Source of the DNA: a virus
Lineage: Duplodnaviria > Caudoviricetes
Direction: 5' to 3' (one strand)
Length of the DNA: 64,000 bases
IMG/VR virus record: IMGVR_UViG_3300031992_000012
Coordinates: 141,082 to 205,081 of that record
Shown here: one piece after another, positions 48,841-61,600 of the stretch
Position numbering within the stretch: the first letter of the stretch is position 1
How the letters are laid out: each line of letters starts with the position of its first letter
Made by a program: the position numbers and the translations under genes
The notes under the pieces: model-generated
Told to the model about the DNA's origin: nothing
Databases searched by the model: none
The model's input: only the letters and a program-made list of their open reading frames with translations

Positions 48841-49298
48841 TTAATGAAGCATGCAACGAGGTCTGGAACGGAACTTATCAGACAGAGAACTTTATTTTCA
48901 TGAACCCGCTTCAGGGTTCGTTCGACGGTGGTGAATCGGCCACCCAGAACGCGATTACCCGCCAGTATCTGGAGTATCCGGTGATGTCACGCTACCTCCG
49001 CCAGTACGGCGTCTGCCCGAACAACCGGGTGTTCTCGTCGCTGGTGGGCTGGCTTGCAAGTATTCGCAAGGACGGTTCGAGAGCCGCCTATCGCAACACG
49101 AGCCTTACAGGAAAGGGCTGGGGCGACCGGTTGTCGGACGTCAAGCTGATGTCCAACATCAATTGCCCGTACGTCCACATGCCCGAACGGTGGGTGGATT
49201 TGATTCTGGAAAACGTCATGTACTCCAACGGAGCCGGGGCGAGAACAAAAGCCCTGTGGCAAAAAGCGTACGTCGAATCTCTTTCATTGAAAGCGTAA
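48837..49298 (+). CDS. hypothetical protein
   Basis: 153 aa, ATGA-coupled, AAGGAG RBS. Confidence 0.6.
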   Translation: MINEACNEVWNGTYQTENFIFMNPLQGSFDGGESATQNAITRQYLEYPVMSRYLRQYGVCPNNRVFSSLVGWLASIRKDGSRAAYRNTSLTGKGWGDRLSDVKLMSNINCPYVHMPERWVDLILENVMYSNGAGARTKALWQKAYVESLSLKA

Positions 49299-49700
49299 AA
49301 GAATTCAGCGGTGAATTGCATTAAAGGAAACACCTGTTGCACAGATATGCCTCGACCACCTGCCCACACGTCCCGTGCGCACGCGTATAGGCGAGCGTCA
49401 AGGAGGCGATTCCGGCAGGCCTTGGGGGCGTGTCGAAGGCCTGTGTCTCCAGAAACGCGCAGAAAGGCCCCTACGGGGCGTTTTGACGGAAGACCCCACC
49501 ATCGACACCCCCTGACGGCGGAAAACGGCTCTGAAGGGCCTTTCTGCGCGTTTCCGGGGGTGTCAGCGACACAGGAGGGTTTCGGGACAGACGACGGAGG
49601 GGTGTTTCGGGGTGATTCGGCGACATGGATGCTTCGGGTCCCTTTTCGTTCCCTCGCTCCCCTTCCGTCCCTGCCCCAAAATCGCAAGGGTCGTCTTCAT

Positions 49701-50020
49701 GTATTTTGATTTTATATTTTTTTAATTTTTATTTTTTAAGAGATAAAAATTAAAAAAATTAATAAAATACAAAATACGGGACCCTCAGCGGAGGTTTTAT
49801 AATTCAAAACAACGCCTTAAGGTATCACATAACATGTGATACCTTAAGGCGTTTTCAGGTAAATCATACCTGGCGTACTCAGAACTGCCCGAATCACACC
49901 CTGTGACCGGCAGTTTGCCCGAAGATACCCCTTCTGGACGTTTCGTTTTTTTGGGTTAAAACCGTGTCAAGGTCTTAACTACGTTAAGACCTTGACACGG
50001 TTTTAACCCAAAAAAACGAA
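49701..50020. repeat. AT-rich cluster of long inverted repeats (candidate origin / genome-end or packaging site)
   Basis: Imperfect AT-rich IR ~49701-49777; perfect 20-bp IR 49811-49853 (loop AAC); perfect 38-bp IR 49942-50020 (loop TAC). Confidence 0.75.
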
Positions 50021-50319
50021 GTTGCCTAACGAAGGAAATCAGCGTTTAATGCCTGCAGATTTTCCAACGCTTTTTACAACGGTCTCTTTTTCTTAGCCGG
50101 TAAAACCCTTGCAACGCTTGCTCCGGCATAACGTCCATCTAATGTTTCACCTTTTTGAGGAAAGACCCAAGTTTCTTCCGGAGGAATACTTTTATATGAA
50201 TACCATTTTATCACTTTTATTCCTTATTACAGGTGACCGTCTTGACTCCGACTCACCCCAATGTTATCTTTCTGTTTGACTATTGCCCTTTAACACTAAG
50301 TAAAAGACGCAGAAACCAG

Positions 50320-50928
50320 ATGCAGCTTCACTACATAAACACAGACACAGGGTTGTTTGTCACGCCGAACGACGTATCGACGCCGACCTCCCGCAACCCG
50401 GTGATTCCGATAGACTCCCCTCCTGTCCTGAGGCTCTGCTTCCTTGACGGCGACGGCGACCCGTATACATTCACCGCCCGGTCGACCTTTTCCTTCACGC
50501 TGACCTTCGACGGAGCTGTCGTTATGACAGTCCCTTCCGGCGCCATACGTCCCGTCGACCCGCTGGCCGGCAGAATCGACATCCTGCCCGCCAGAGTCGA
50601 CGGCGTGGAAATCTCCGAAGGCGCCGGGCAGATTACGGCGGTCATAGACGGGAGGACGGTCCTCAACGACGCGGTGCTTTTCACGACAGGCGGCGACGTC
50701 GTGCTTCCTTCGAAGACAAAGCCGCGCGACTTCACCGGCCTGCGTGTCATAACGCTTTACGAGGAGCCTTCGGAGGAGAACGTCGGGGACTATGTCCTCT
50801 ACCTCGGCCCCGAGGGTCTGATGAACAACGGTTTCTTCTACCAATGCGTGCTGTCCGACGGTTCCTACTCCTGGCAGCCCGAAACGCCGGAATATGTCAC
50901 GGCCTGGAGGTGGCATGAGCATGTATGA
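50320..50928 (+). CDS. tail/baseplate-associated protein (putative)
   Basis: Beta-rich; first gene of the tail-fibre module; start moved to MQLHYIN. Confidence 0.5.
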   Translation: MQLHYINTDTGLFVTPNDVSTPTSRNPVIPIDSPPVLRLCFLDGDGDPYTFTARSTFSFTLTFDGAVVMTVPSGAIRPVDPLAGRIDILPARVDGVEISEGAGQITAVIDGRTVLNDAVLFTTGGDVVLPSKTKPRDFTGLRVITLYEEPSEENVGDYVLYLGPEGLMNNGFFYQCVLSDGSYSWQPETPEYVTAWRWHEHV

Positions 50929-51661
50929 TGATTTCATAGAAAGGGGCGACCGCGTGTACTTCTTCGACACCGACCGCCGAATGCTGGTGGACGAGCAGAA
51001 CACGATGGCGCCGATACCGGCAGCCGAAGTTCCCTGGTTCTCGACACGCTACCCGGTCAAGCTGGTGCTGCAGCCGATAACGGAGGGGGCGCCGTCGGCA
51101 ATCGCCCAGACGCCCTGCAACGTGAAGCTGTACAGGGGCTCGTCGGTCTTCGGAAACGTGACCGCCGTCGGAAGCTGGAAAATCGTGTGCGTCATTCCGC
51201 GAATGGACGTGACGCCGGGAGCAATAGACGTGGACATGACGGACGGTCTGGGAAACACGGTGCTGGCGTTCCGGACAGTCGTCGTCGACGCTATCCCGGA
51301 GCGTCCTGGCCGCATACCTCTTATATATTCAAACCCGAACAGCGAGCGGACGAACGACAACGGCGAGCGCGTAATACGCCAGCCGTCCGACAGGGTGATA
51401 CGCCTTCAGCGCGACCCTTCGGCGTTCATCATAAACATCCCGGAGGGAACGGCCGGCTGGAACATCGCGCTCGACTTCTGCTCGCTGCCGCTCGGCATCT
51501 ACAACGCCTGCAACAGGCTTGTGGTGCATTGCAGCTCCGCTCTGGAGATAACTTCGGACGACGCTTCGCTAAGCACATCCTCCCTGTCCGCCGGATGGCA
51601 TGAGGCAAGGGTGTCCGTGATGCCCGACGGCAATTCAATCATAACCTTCGAGGAGCCTTGA
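50915..51661 (+). CDS. tail-associated protein (putative)
   Basis: GGAGG RBS; coupled to neighbours. Confidence 0.5.
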   Translation: MSMYDDFIERGDRVYFFDTDRRMLVDEQNTMAPIPAAEVPWFSTRYPVKLVLQPITEGAPSAIAQTPCNVKLYRGSSVFGNVTAVGSWKIVCVIPRMDVTPGAIDVDMTDGLGNTVLAFRTVVVDAIPERPGRIPLIYSNPNSERTNDNGERVIRQPSDRVIRLQRDPSAFIINIPEGTAGWNIALDFCSLPLGIYNACNRLVVHCSSALEITSDDASLSTSSLSAGWHEARVSVMPDGNSIITFEEP

Positions 51662-52590
51662 CAATGCCGGAATTCATAATAACAGGATACGCCAAGCCCT
51701 ACTGGCTTACGCTGGCGCAGTACAAGGCGCTTCAGGAGAAGGACGCCTACGGCATCTACTTCATTATCGACTGCAACAGGATTTACCGTGGCGGCAAGGA
51801 GCTGCTCGACGCGTTCAAGATAGTGGACGAGTACCCGACGCCGTATATCGGCGACATAAGGACCGACACTCTTTGCTTCAGGAAGACGTTCGACGACGGA
51901 CGTACAATCCTTGAGGCCAGGCTGCTGGACGAGAACCTCGAATGGCAGACTGTACTCCCGCCGGTCGTGACGGTCGTGGACAAGGAGAACCCCGGCGACA
52001 ATCTTCCTACCGAGGGCGCCATAGTCACATACGTCGGGGCGGAGATAGCGTCGCTCAAGGAATACGTCGACGCCATATACGCAAGGATGGAGTCGACGCT
52101 TGAAGAGGCCGTGTCCGCCCAGGCCTCCGCCGAAGCCGCCGCCAGCGACGCGGTGGCGGCCGCCGAGAGGAGCGTCGACAACAGCGAGCTTGCCCGGTCA
52201 TACGCCCGTGGCGGTACTGGCGCACGCCCTTTCGAGGATACCGACAATGCGAAGTACTACATGGAACAGGCGGCGGCCATAGTGGCAACGAGCAACCGCG
52301 TCGTGTCGGTTTTCGCCGACGAGGCGCATGTCCGGCTCCAGGAGTGCATCCAGACGCATGTCCCTAATTACAACAGCGACTACACACTCCCCGCCGTAAC
52401 CGATACCTCCGTTTTACACAAGTGCGTTCTTGAGGTATTGTTTTCCACAGCGAGTGAAGCTGACTTCAAGAATGCCGACGGAGTTGTATTTAAACACGTC
52501 GAGCCGGCCCACGGGGCAGCCGTTAGATTCACATGCACCTGGTCGAATATTTTGTCGGCGTGGGTGATTGAGACCCTTGTGATGAACTGA
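51658..52590 (+). CDS. tail-fibre-associated protein
   Basis: Shares the SYAxGGTxxRxxEDTDNAKYYM motif with the large fibre gene. Confidence 0.6.
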   Translation: MTMPEFIITGYAKPYWLTLAQYKALQEKDAYGIYFIIDCNRIYRGGKELLDAFKIVDEYPTPYIGDIRTDTLCFRKTFDDGRTILEARLLDENLEWQTVLPPVVTVVDKENPGDNLPTEGAIVTYVGAEIASLKEYVDAIYARMESTLEEAVSAQASAEAAASDAVAAAERSVDNSELARSYARGGTGARPFEDTDNAKYYMEQAAAIVATSNRVVSVFADEAHVRLQECIQTHVPNYNSDYTLPAVTDTSVLHKCVLEVLFSTASEADFKNADGVVFKHVEPAHGAAVRFTCTWSNILSAWVIETLVMN

Positions 52591-52644
52591 AGATTTTACG
52601 ACGCGTTGTAAAATCATCCAATAACTAAAAGAATAGGAAAAACC

Positions 52645-55600
52645 ATGTCCTTCGTTGTAAAAGCCATTGTCTATATGACGGCCTCCGAGTTCGACGCCGT
52701 CGAAGTGAAGCGCGGAGATATCTTGTACGTCGTCGATTATGGCGACCGCCTGCGCTCCTACCTCGGCGACATACCTGTTGAGTCCCTGACATTCTCCGAC
52801 TTCACGCAGGACCAGATAGACGAGATTAAGTCTGCGGCCCAGGAGGCCGCCGAGGCTTCCGCCGCCGTGGCCGTGCAGGCGGCGGAAGCGGCCAGCGCGT
52901 CCGAGAACGCTACGAAGGGGTACATGGACAATGCCAAGGTCTACGCCGACAAGGCTGCCTTGGCCGAGGGATACGATGAAAGCGCCAGGAAGGCGGCCGT
53001 CAGCGCGCTGAACGCTGCCACATCGGCCAACACATCGTTGCTGCGTACAATTGCGGAACGTGTTCTAGCGCAGTCATATGCGATTGGCGGTACGAACACG
53101 CGCCCTGGCGAGGACACTGACAATGCCAAGTATTATATGAGGCGTGCTCAGGCTGCTGCTGAAGGCGTTGATCAGGACTTCTCCTATATCGAAAGTATTA
53201 AGGACCATGTAGACGAACAATCGGCACATGTTGACGATGTCGCGCAGACAACTGAAGGCTACATGGATGCCGCCGAGGCATCCAAGCAGGCTGCTGAAAC
53301 AGCGCAAGGCAAAGCTGAAACCGCCCAGGGCAAGGCGGAGGACGCGCAGGGCGCAGCAGAGGCGGCGCAGCAGGCTGCGGAGACAGCGCAGGGCAAGGCC
53401 GAGGATGCGCAACAGGCTGCTGAGACTGCACAGGGCAAGGCGGAGGATGCGCAGAGCAAGGCCGAAATTGCGCAGGGAAAGGCGGAGGACGCGCAACAGG
53501 CTGCCGAGACTGCTCAAGCTGCGGCGGAAACCGCTCAAGGAAAAGCGGAAGATGCGCAGGACGCGGCCGAGGGAGCTCAAACGGCAGCGGAGACTGCACA
53601 GGGAAAAGCCGAAGACGCTCAAATGGCAGCGGAGACTGCTCAGGGCAAGGCCGAGGATGCCCAGCAAGCCGCCGAGACCGCCAAGAGTTTGGCTGAGACA
53701 GCGCAGGGAAAGGCTGAAGATGCCCAGCAAGCCGCCGAGACCGCTAATAGTTTGGCTGAGACCGCCCAGGGCAAGGCTGAAGACGCCAAGCAGGCTGCTG
53801 AGGACGCTCAAGGCGCTGCTGAGGACGCTCAAGGCGCTGCCGAGACAGCACAGGGTAAAGCCGAAGATGCTCAACAGGCTGCTGAGACAGCGCAGGGAGA
53901 AGCGGACGGGTCTGCTACAGCAGCGGCCGCCAGCGCGAAGTTGTCTGAAAGCTGGGCCGTGGGCGGCACCGGCGTGAGGGACGGCGAGAACACCAACAAC
54001 GCAGCATACTGGGCGGAGGAGGCCAGGAAGCTCTCCCCAGACGGGAAGGCCGACAAGGTGCTGGGAGGCGACACCGACGGAATGGTTGCCGGGCTGGACG
54101 CCACGGGCAACCTGACAAACACCGAGATTCCCTCCGGCAACGTCGCGCAGAAGGACGGCTACTACGGCAAGGAGGGCCTTGGCGCCGCGACCGCCGAGAA
54201 CCTCATCGACCCGAACGCCACGCCAGAACCCGCGACGTTCGGATTCAGGACAGCCGCCGGCGACCTGTCCATCACGGACGGCAAGGGCGTCGTGCACACC
54301 CAGTTCGGCTCCACGGAGATTGTCAACCAGATTGTCGCGCCGTCCAGCGTGAAGACCGTCCAGGGCGAGGGCGTCGTGCAGGTCGCGGACGCGGTCGGCG
54401 GGCAGGTGAAGGGCCTGGCGCTGACGGCCCCGAGGAGCGTCGTGCTGAACCAGCAGGCCACGGCCACTCAGGATGTCACGGCCACGGGCGATGGGGTTGC
54501 GCAGCTTGAGAACGCCGCTGCGGGGAACGCGACTGCTCTGAGGATGACCGCGCCGAGGTCAGTGGTGGTGAACCAGCTCGTCCAGAACGGTGATTTCAGC
54601 AATGGGACGACAGGATGGGATGGTGTTGGTTACGGTACGTTGTCAGTGTCTAATAATGTCTGTTATTTCACATTAGTGTCTAATGCATTGGCCGCTAGAC
54701 TTCAGTGTCCTATTAATGTACTTAAGGGACATACTTATATTATTCAATTAACCATAAAAGCTGCAAAAGATACATCAATACTTATTGGTGTATCTTCAAA
54801 TCTTAGTGCCTTCGGCTACCAAAGTATATCAGCAGGCGTTACAACAACTTATTCTAATAGAGTCACAATAACTGATAATGCAGATTTGCTATATTTATAT
54901 TGCAACCGCTCACAAACTCTTGAAGTCGGAGATATAGTTGAATACAGCAACATCATGCTCGTCGACCTCACACAGTATTTCAACGGCGACCAGACCCTCA
55001 TCGACAGCATCACCTCTTGGGACGACCTTGTCGCCTACGACCCGCGCTTCGCTAGTTACGTGGAGTACAACACGGGGACGGTCGAGGGGGTTCAGCCGAC
55101 GGTGAAGGTGAGCGGGAAGAACCTGTTTGACCAGTCACGCTTCCTTACAGAAGTTACTAGATGCACTTTAACACAGGATGGATATTATACCGCGCCTACG
55201 GCTAATTTCTATGCTATATATTATATAAACAATGGTTCGCTACTGCCTTCTAGCGCATTTAAACAAGGTGTTCAATATACTGTCAGAGCATTAGGATATG
55301 GTAATAGAACTGACGGCGCGAACTTCTACATCACTATCTTCCACACGGATGGTACACATGTGAACTCTCCGGGAACAACAAGCACCGCCACCGAAATTAC
55401 AATTACATCAACACAAGGAAAAACTGTAAACAGGATATGTTTTACATGGGGCGGCGGAAATACGTCTTACATCAAGGATGTCCAGATTGAGATTGCAAGC
55501 TCCGCCACCCCCTACGAGCCTTACTACGCCGGCGGCACGGTCCAAGCCCCCGCCCCGCTTTTCGCTGTCGGTACGGCTGCGGACGAGTTCGAGGCGGTGT

Positions 55601-58600
55601 CAGGGGTGACGACGAGAAACGCCCGACAGGTTACTCTACCCGCAACTGGATGGAACACGTACGGCTTTAGTACGTGGAAAGGCTTCAGCTGCCTCAATGT
55701 CCTGCCAGTGGCCGAGAACAGACCGTTCTACATCAGCTCCAACAGCATGATACCGGGCATCCCGAAAGGTACGACGCATACACCGAACAACATAGTGCAC
55801 GCATGGATTGGCGTGAACGGCACGACGAGTGTGTTCGTGGCCTGGAACGAGAACGTGACGCCTCCAGCAGCATGGCTCACGGACGGTGAACCAGACGTCA
55901 ACAAGTTCATGACATGGCTTGCTGCAAATCCAGTCACTCTATGCTACGCGACATCGTCTCCCACCACCTCCCAGTCCACCCCCACGCAAATCTCCCTCCA
56001 AGCTGGCTCCAACGTTGCCATGCAGACCGACGGCGGGCGCACCGCATCGCTGTCCGCCACGTACCCAGCCACGGTGTACGACAAGGCCATCCTGCCGTCC
56101 CGCACGTATCTCCACAAGCACGGCTCGACTGTCGTGAAGATATCCAGCCAGTCCACCGTCACGCTCGACGGCTCAGACCAGCTGGTGGACCTGACGCAGC
56201 TGTTCAACAACGACACAACGACCGTGGCAGCTGTGAACACCTGGGACGACCTCGTGGCGCGTGTTCCCGCGTACGCCGCTACGATGGCGTACAATCCCGG
56301 CGCGGTGACGGGGACCGTGCCCGCCGTGAGGGTGACGGGGAAAAATCTGCTGAACATAAACAGGCCTGTAGGAACCCTGACAAGTGGAGCCAGCCCGACA
56401 AACCGCAGCGAGCTATCAGATGACTATGTATATCTAGGACTGACCTTTGGAAACCATTATTATCCAAATAGAGTTGCATCCTACACCATTGGCGCGGATA
56501 CTTGTTCAGGAGTAACTGGTTCCCCTGCAAACTGTGGTTTGTCTTATCCAGTTAGGGTCAAAGCAAACACCCAATATACCATATCCTGCTTGTCGTTGAA
56601 TGGGAAGGTCAGGATGTCGTTCTATACAAGCAGTGGGGTGTATATCACGACAAACGAGATATCCATTCCTGCAAATGTTACTTATACAACATTCACAACG
56701 CCTGTTGACTGTTCGATTGTCCTTGTAACAATGTACTCGTCAGAAGTCAATACTGCGTGGGAGGTTGTCAAACCTCAGCTAGAGCTCGGCTCCGTCGCCA
56801 CCGCCTACGAGCCCTACCACGACGGCGGGACTGCCACATCCCCCAGCGAGCTGTTCGCTGTCGGCTCGGCGGCGGACGAGTTCGAGGCGGTCAGCGGGAA
56901 GCTGACGCATAAATTCAAGTCTGTTGATATGGGAACCTTGAATTGGTATGATAACTCTACTTATGGTGGATTCTATGCTTATCTGAATACAGATGCACTG
57001 AGTCGCGGTGAGATGATTTGCCCCAAGTATGTCTATGTCGGTATTTTCAACAATCTTGCGGATAAGACACTCGCATACATCTATACACGCGCTGTGATTG
57101 TGCAGGATAGTGCATATTCCGATGCTGCCACCTTCAAAACAGCCATGTCGGGTGTTATGCTCTACTACGAACTCGCCACCCCCACCGAGGAGTCCTCCAC
57201 CCCGCAGCCCGTCTCCTTCCAGCAGGGGAACAACGTCATCGCTCAATCCTCACAGGACCTCCCCGGCGTCGCCATATCTGCCGGCTACGACGGCACGGAG
57301 TACGACCTCAAGCTGGTCAACGGCTCCAAGTACGTCATCGTCGACAACGGCGTCGCCGCCTACAGGACGGCCTCCAGCAGCAACAACACGTTGCCCGTCC
57401 ACGGCGGCTCCACGATGGTCCACAACCTAACCCAGTGGTTCGGCAAGGGATACGAGCCTGTCTCTGTCGACGCCTTCTATTCCCGCTACCCGAGCCTCAA
57501 GGGATACGCCATGCCATATAACCGTGGAAGCGTCCTCAACTACAAGGGCACTGCGGTGCGCACCGAGGGCTTCAACTTCTACAACCCAGCGACAGGCACT
57601 GCGCGTCTGCTGGGCGGCCACCAGTACCAGATATGCGGGACGTACGCCTCCTGCTCCTATGCGGACAGGTGGGGGAACGCCGAGGAGCTGGACATCGACG
57701 AGGAGGGAATCTTCACGCCGGTCAACAACGGCACGCTGACGGTGGTCGGCGGCAACGCCACGGACACCTGCGTCCACCTGACGTGGAGCGGCTACAGGAA
57801 TTTCGGCAAGGACGAGTACCAGTGGGAGCCCTTCTGGCAGGTCACTACGCCGCTGAATGTCCTCGATAGCTTCCCCGAGGGGATGAACGGGATACAGAAC
57901 AAGGGCACAGGCACTACCGATGTTAACGTCCGGGATGAACTGACAGTTACCGGATATGTCAAGCGCATAGAAGTTGTCGATGGCGGTGATTTGACATACA
58001 ACAATTACAACGATGGTTCGGCAGCCCCCGCGGCTTATCCGTGGGGTTACTGTAGCTTCGGCATTCCCGGCAAGAAGGCCGGGGATATGAACATGCAGTG
58101 TCCATACTACACTCCAGTGACGACCTTTACCAGTCAGAATAAGTCGATACTCGCGACACGGACCAACACTACCTGCTATATTGTAGACTCCTCCTTCATC
58201 GGCCTCACCGGCGAGCAGATAAAGGAGCGCATGACCGGCGTCAAGATTTATTTTGAGACGGCAACGCCAGTCTCCGTCACCTTCCCCGAGACCCGCCTCA
58301 TCACCTACCCGGTCTCCGACTTCGGCACCGAGGAGCTGCTCCCGGCCGACGACGAGCCCGGCATCCCGTCCACCACATGGCTGGACGGCCTAATCCAGTA
58401 CGAGCAGGACTTCCTGCGGCTGCTCATAAACTTCTCGAAGATATACTCCGTGCTGAAGCACATCGCCGACAACGCGGACCATATCGTGTACGACGACGAC
58501 ACCGCGCCCAACCTCATCGCGGGCAACGCCTGGAACCTCATCGACCGCGAGGCGCGGGGCACCATGCGCGAGTTCAGCTACGACTCCGTCAACGGCACCA

Positions 58601-61600
58601 ACGACGTGACGGACGGCACGGCCATCGCGCAGTCCGTCCAAGGCCAGACGCTCATGGCGAACCAGCTCGTGCAGGACTCCGTCGTGAAGACGGCGCAGGG
58701 CACGGGCCAGGTCGAGGTCGAGGACGCCGTGGCGGGCGACATCAGCTCCCTCGTGGTCGAGGGCAGGAGCCTGGTGAAGAACCAGCTCGTGCCGCCCACG
58801 ATGACGAACACGAAGAACAGCTCTAACGGCAGGCTAGGAATCACCGACGGCGTGGCAGGGAACGCGGTCGGCGTCACGCTGCGCGGCGGATGTGTCGTCC
58901 ATAACCAGCTCGTGAAGGAGTCCGTGGAGAAGATCGTCACGGGCACTGGACGGCTAGGATGCGAGGACGGCGTGGCTGGCGACGCGAAGTCGCTGGTGAT
59001 GACGGCTCCGAGGTCAGTGGTGATGAACCAGCTCGTAACACCGCGTGCATCTGCTGAGGAAGTATATGGCTTGACCCGAGTAAATAATAACAATGGTTCG
59101 ATTAGAATATATGGAACATGTACTAGCAGGGATAACTTTACGTTGACTATAAACTTCCCCGTTATACAGAATCATGTGTATGCTGCCTTTTTCATGGGAG
59201 CATCTTCATATACCAATGGGTTAATAGTTTTTTTGGCGCAAGTTTCATCAACTTATTTTGTAAAGGTTACAGCAAATAATAGCTTGTCTTCATCTATTGC
59301 TCTGCAAGTTACCAATGGGGATACCATTGACTTGACAATATTCCCGATGTGTGTCGACCTCACCCAATATTTCAACGGCGACACCGCTCGCATCAACTCC
59401 ATCCAGACATGGGACGACCTGGTCGCCTACGACAGCTCCTTCGCCTCCTACGTCCCGTACAACACCGGCACAGTCCAGGGCGTCACACCGTCTGTCAAGG
59501 TGAACCATGCCACCGACGTGGCGTGCCCCGTGGAGTTGTTTGGGGTAGACGACACGGTTGGGGACAGTTTCGACGGAGTGTCAGGTGTGGTGACGAGGAG
59601 AATCGGTGTCGTGGACTTGGGGACGCTGAAGTGGGAAGGTTATCATGAACCGTCCGATAACTATCCAAATGGATACACCACTACTATACTGCTGTCCAAA
59701 CAGTCAGGTACCACAAATTTCATATGCCCAGTTTATCCTTATAGTACATCTGGAAGCGCTAACAAGGTTATACGCGGAAATTCTAGCAATGGTAGAATAA
59801 TAATTCAGGATTCGGCCTTGTTGAACAAGACATCAGAAGAGCTTACATCGGCACTCTCTGGTATCATGCTCTACTACGAACTCGCTACTCCGACCACTGA
59901 GCAGTACACCCCGACGACCATCCCCACGGTGGACATCTACAACTGCGCCATCCAGACGGCTGGCACGCGCCAGTGCTCGCTTTCCCTCACCTACGACGGC
60001 AGGGAGCAGACCATCGCCCTCGATCCGACCCACACATACGTCTTCCTGGACAACATGACGGACTCCTCCCTTATCACGGAGCAGTCCTCCATCGACGCGG
60101 TCGGCGGCGAGGACATGCTGGTGGACGTCACGCAGCTCTACAACGGGGACTCGACGAAAATCTCGCAGATTAAACGGTGGGCCTCCCTCTCCACGCGGTT
60201 CCACCGCTACAGGGAGCTCCTCCCATACAACCCGGGCACGGTCGAGCCCGACACGCCCGTCGTGCGGGTCTTCCCGAACGAGCACGCCTACGGCGCGGTC
60301 TACGACCCGTCCCTGTCCTCCCCGACCCTTAAGTGGGTCGAGCTGAACAACGGCGTCATCACCGAGAAGGCCTCCTTCGAGGAGTTCTCCTCCACGCCCT
60401 GCCACGACATCTGGCGGTGCGTCATGGACGACCTGGCCACCCGCCACGTCAACTACTACCTCGACGACAACGACTCCGACAAGAAGTACAACGGCACGCG
60501 GCTAGGCGTCACCTCCGACGGCTCCGCATCCGTCCTGACGGGCGAGGACGGCGACGTCATGTCCCGCTTCCCCGTGAGCCACTGGTACATGGACGAGGAC
60601 TACGAGGGCGAGGGCAAGGTGCTGTGGCTCATATCCGACAGGCCGTTCATGGGCACATGGGCGCCGTCAGAGATACACGACTTCTTCTATGTCGGCTCCG
60701 GCGGAAGCACTCCCAGCGACCAGTTCGTCGGCTCCTTCAAGGCCGTCGTCTGCGACGAGGACGGCGTAGCTCTCAACACGACCGAGGGAGCCTTGGCCCA
60801 GGCCACCGGCACGGCCGCCACGAACAAGGTCCGCTCCGTGGCCGGCGCCCTTCCGTACGTCAACGCCAACCTGGACACCATGGAGACTCGCGCCAGGCGC
60901 AATGGCGGCCACATGACGAACACCAAGTTCCTGCAGTGGCTGACGCTGCTGATGGTCATCGAGGAAGGCACGCTGAACACGCAGGCCGAGCACGCGGGGT
61001 ACTCGAACGGCATCAATAACGCCTTCTGCTTCTGGAGGAAGTCCGGACGGGTCAACGCCGGCAACGGGACAGCCGAGATATTCGCCGAAGAGGATTCGCA
61101 GGACATGGACAACTTCCAGTCGCTCAAGGTGGGCTCCACCACTGTCCAGCGCGACACCCTGATGGACGCCGACGGCAGGTACGCCTGGAGCATCTACAAC
61201 AGGGGCGCGTCATCCACGAGGTACTTTACGGACAGCCCGACGCCCGCCAACGGCGACACGGTCTATTCGGAATCCACTGGCGACACGACGGCCGGGACGG
61301 TGTCCTCCTACACAATCAGGGCCGCCTCGGCACGCGCCATCCAGTTCCAGTACAGGGGCATCGAGAACCCCTTCGGCGAGACCTGGACCTTCGAGCATGG
61401 CATCCAGGTGTACAACGACGCCGCGCTGTCCGTCATCAGGGTGGACAACGTGAACTACACGCGCGACCCGTCCATGGACGGACCGGCCTCCAGGGCGTTC
61501 GTCCACGAAGGCGAGTATAGATGGGTCGGGCTGACGCTGCCCAGCAACGCGCACGCCTTCCTGGACGCGGACCTCACGCAGGACTCCGGATATGTCGCTA

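Noticed and set aside
49088-49709. ORFs 49088-49687 (-) and 49311-49709 (+)
   Set aside because: Arg/Pro-rich low-information translations with no RBS; the region looks non-coding
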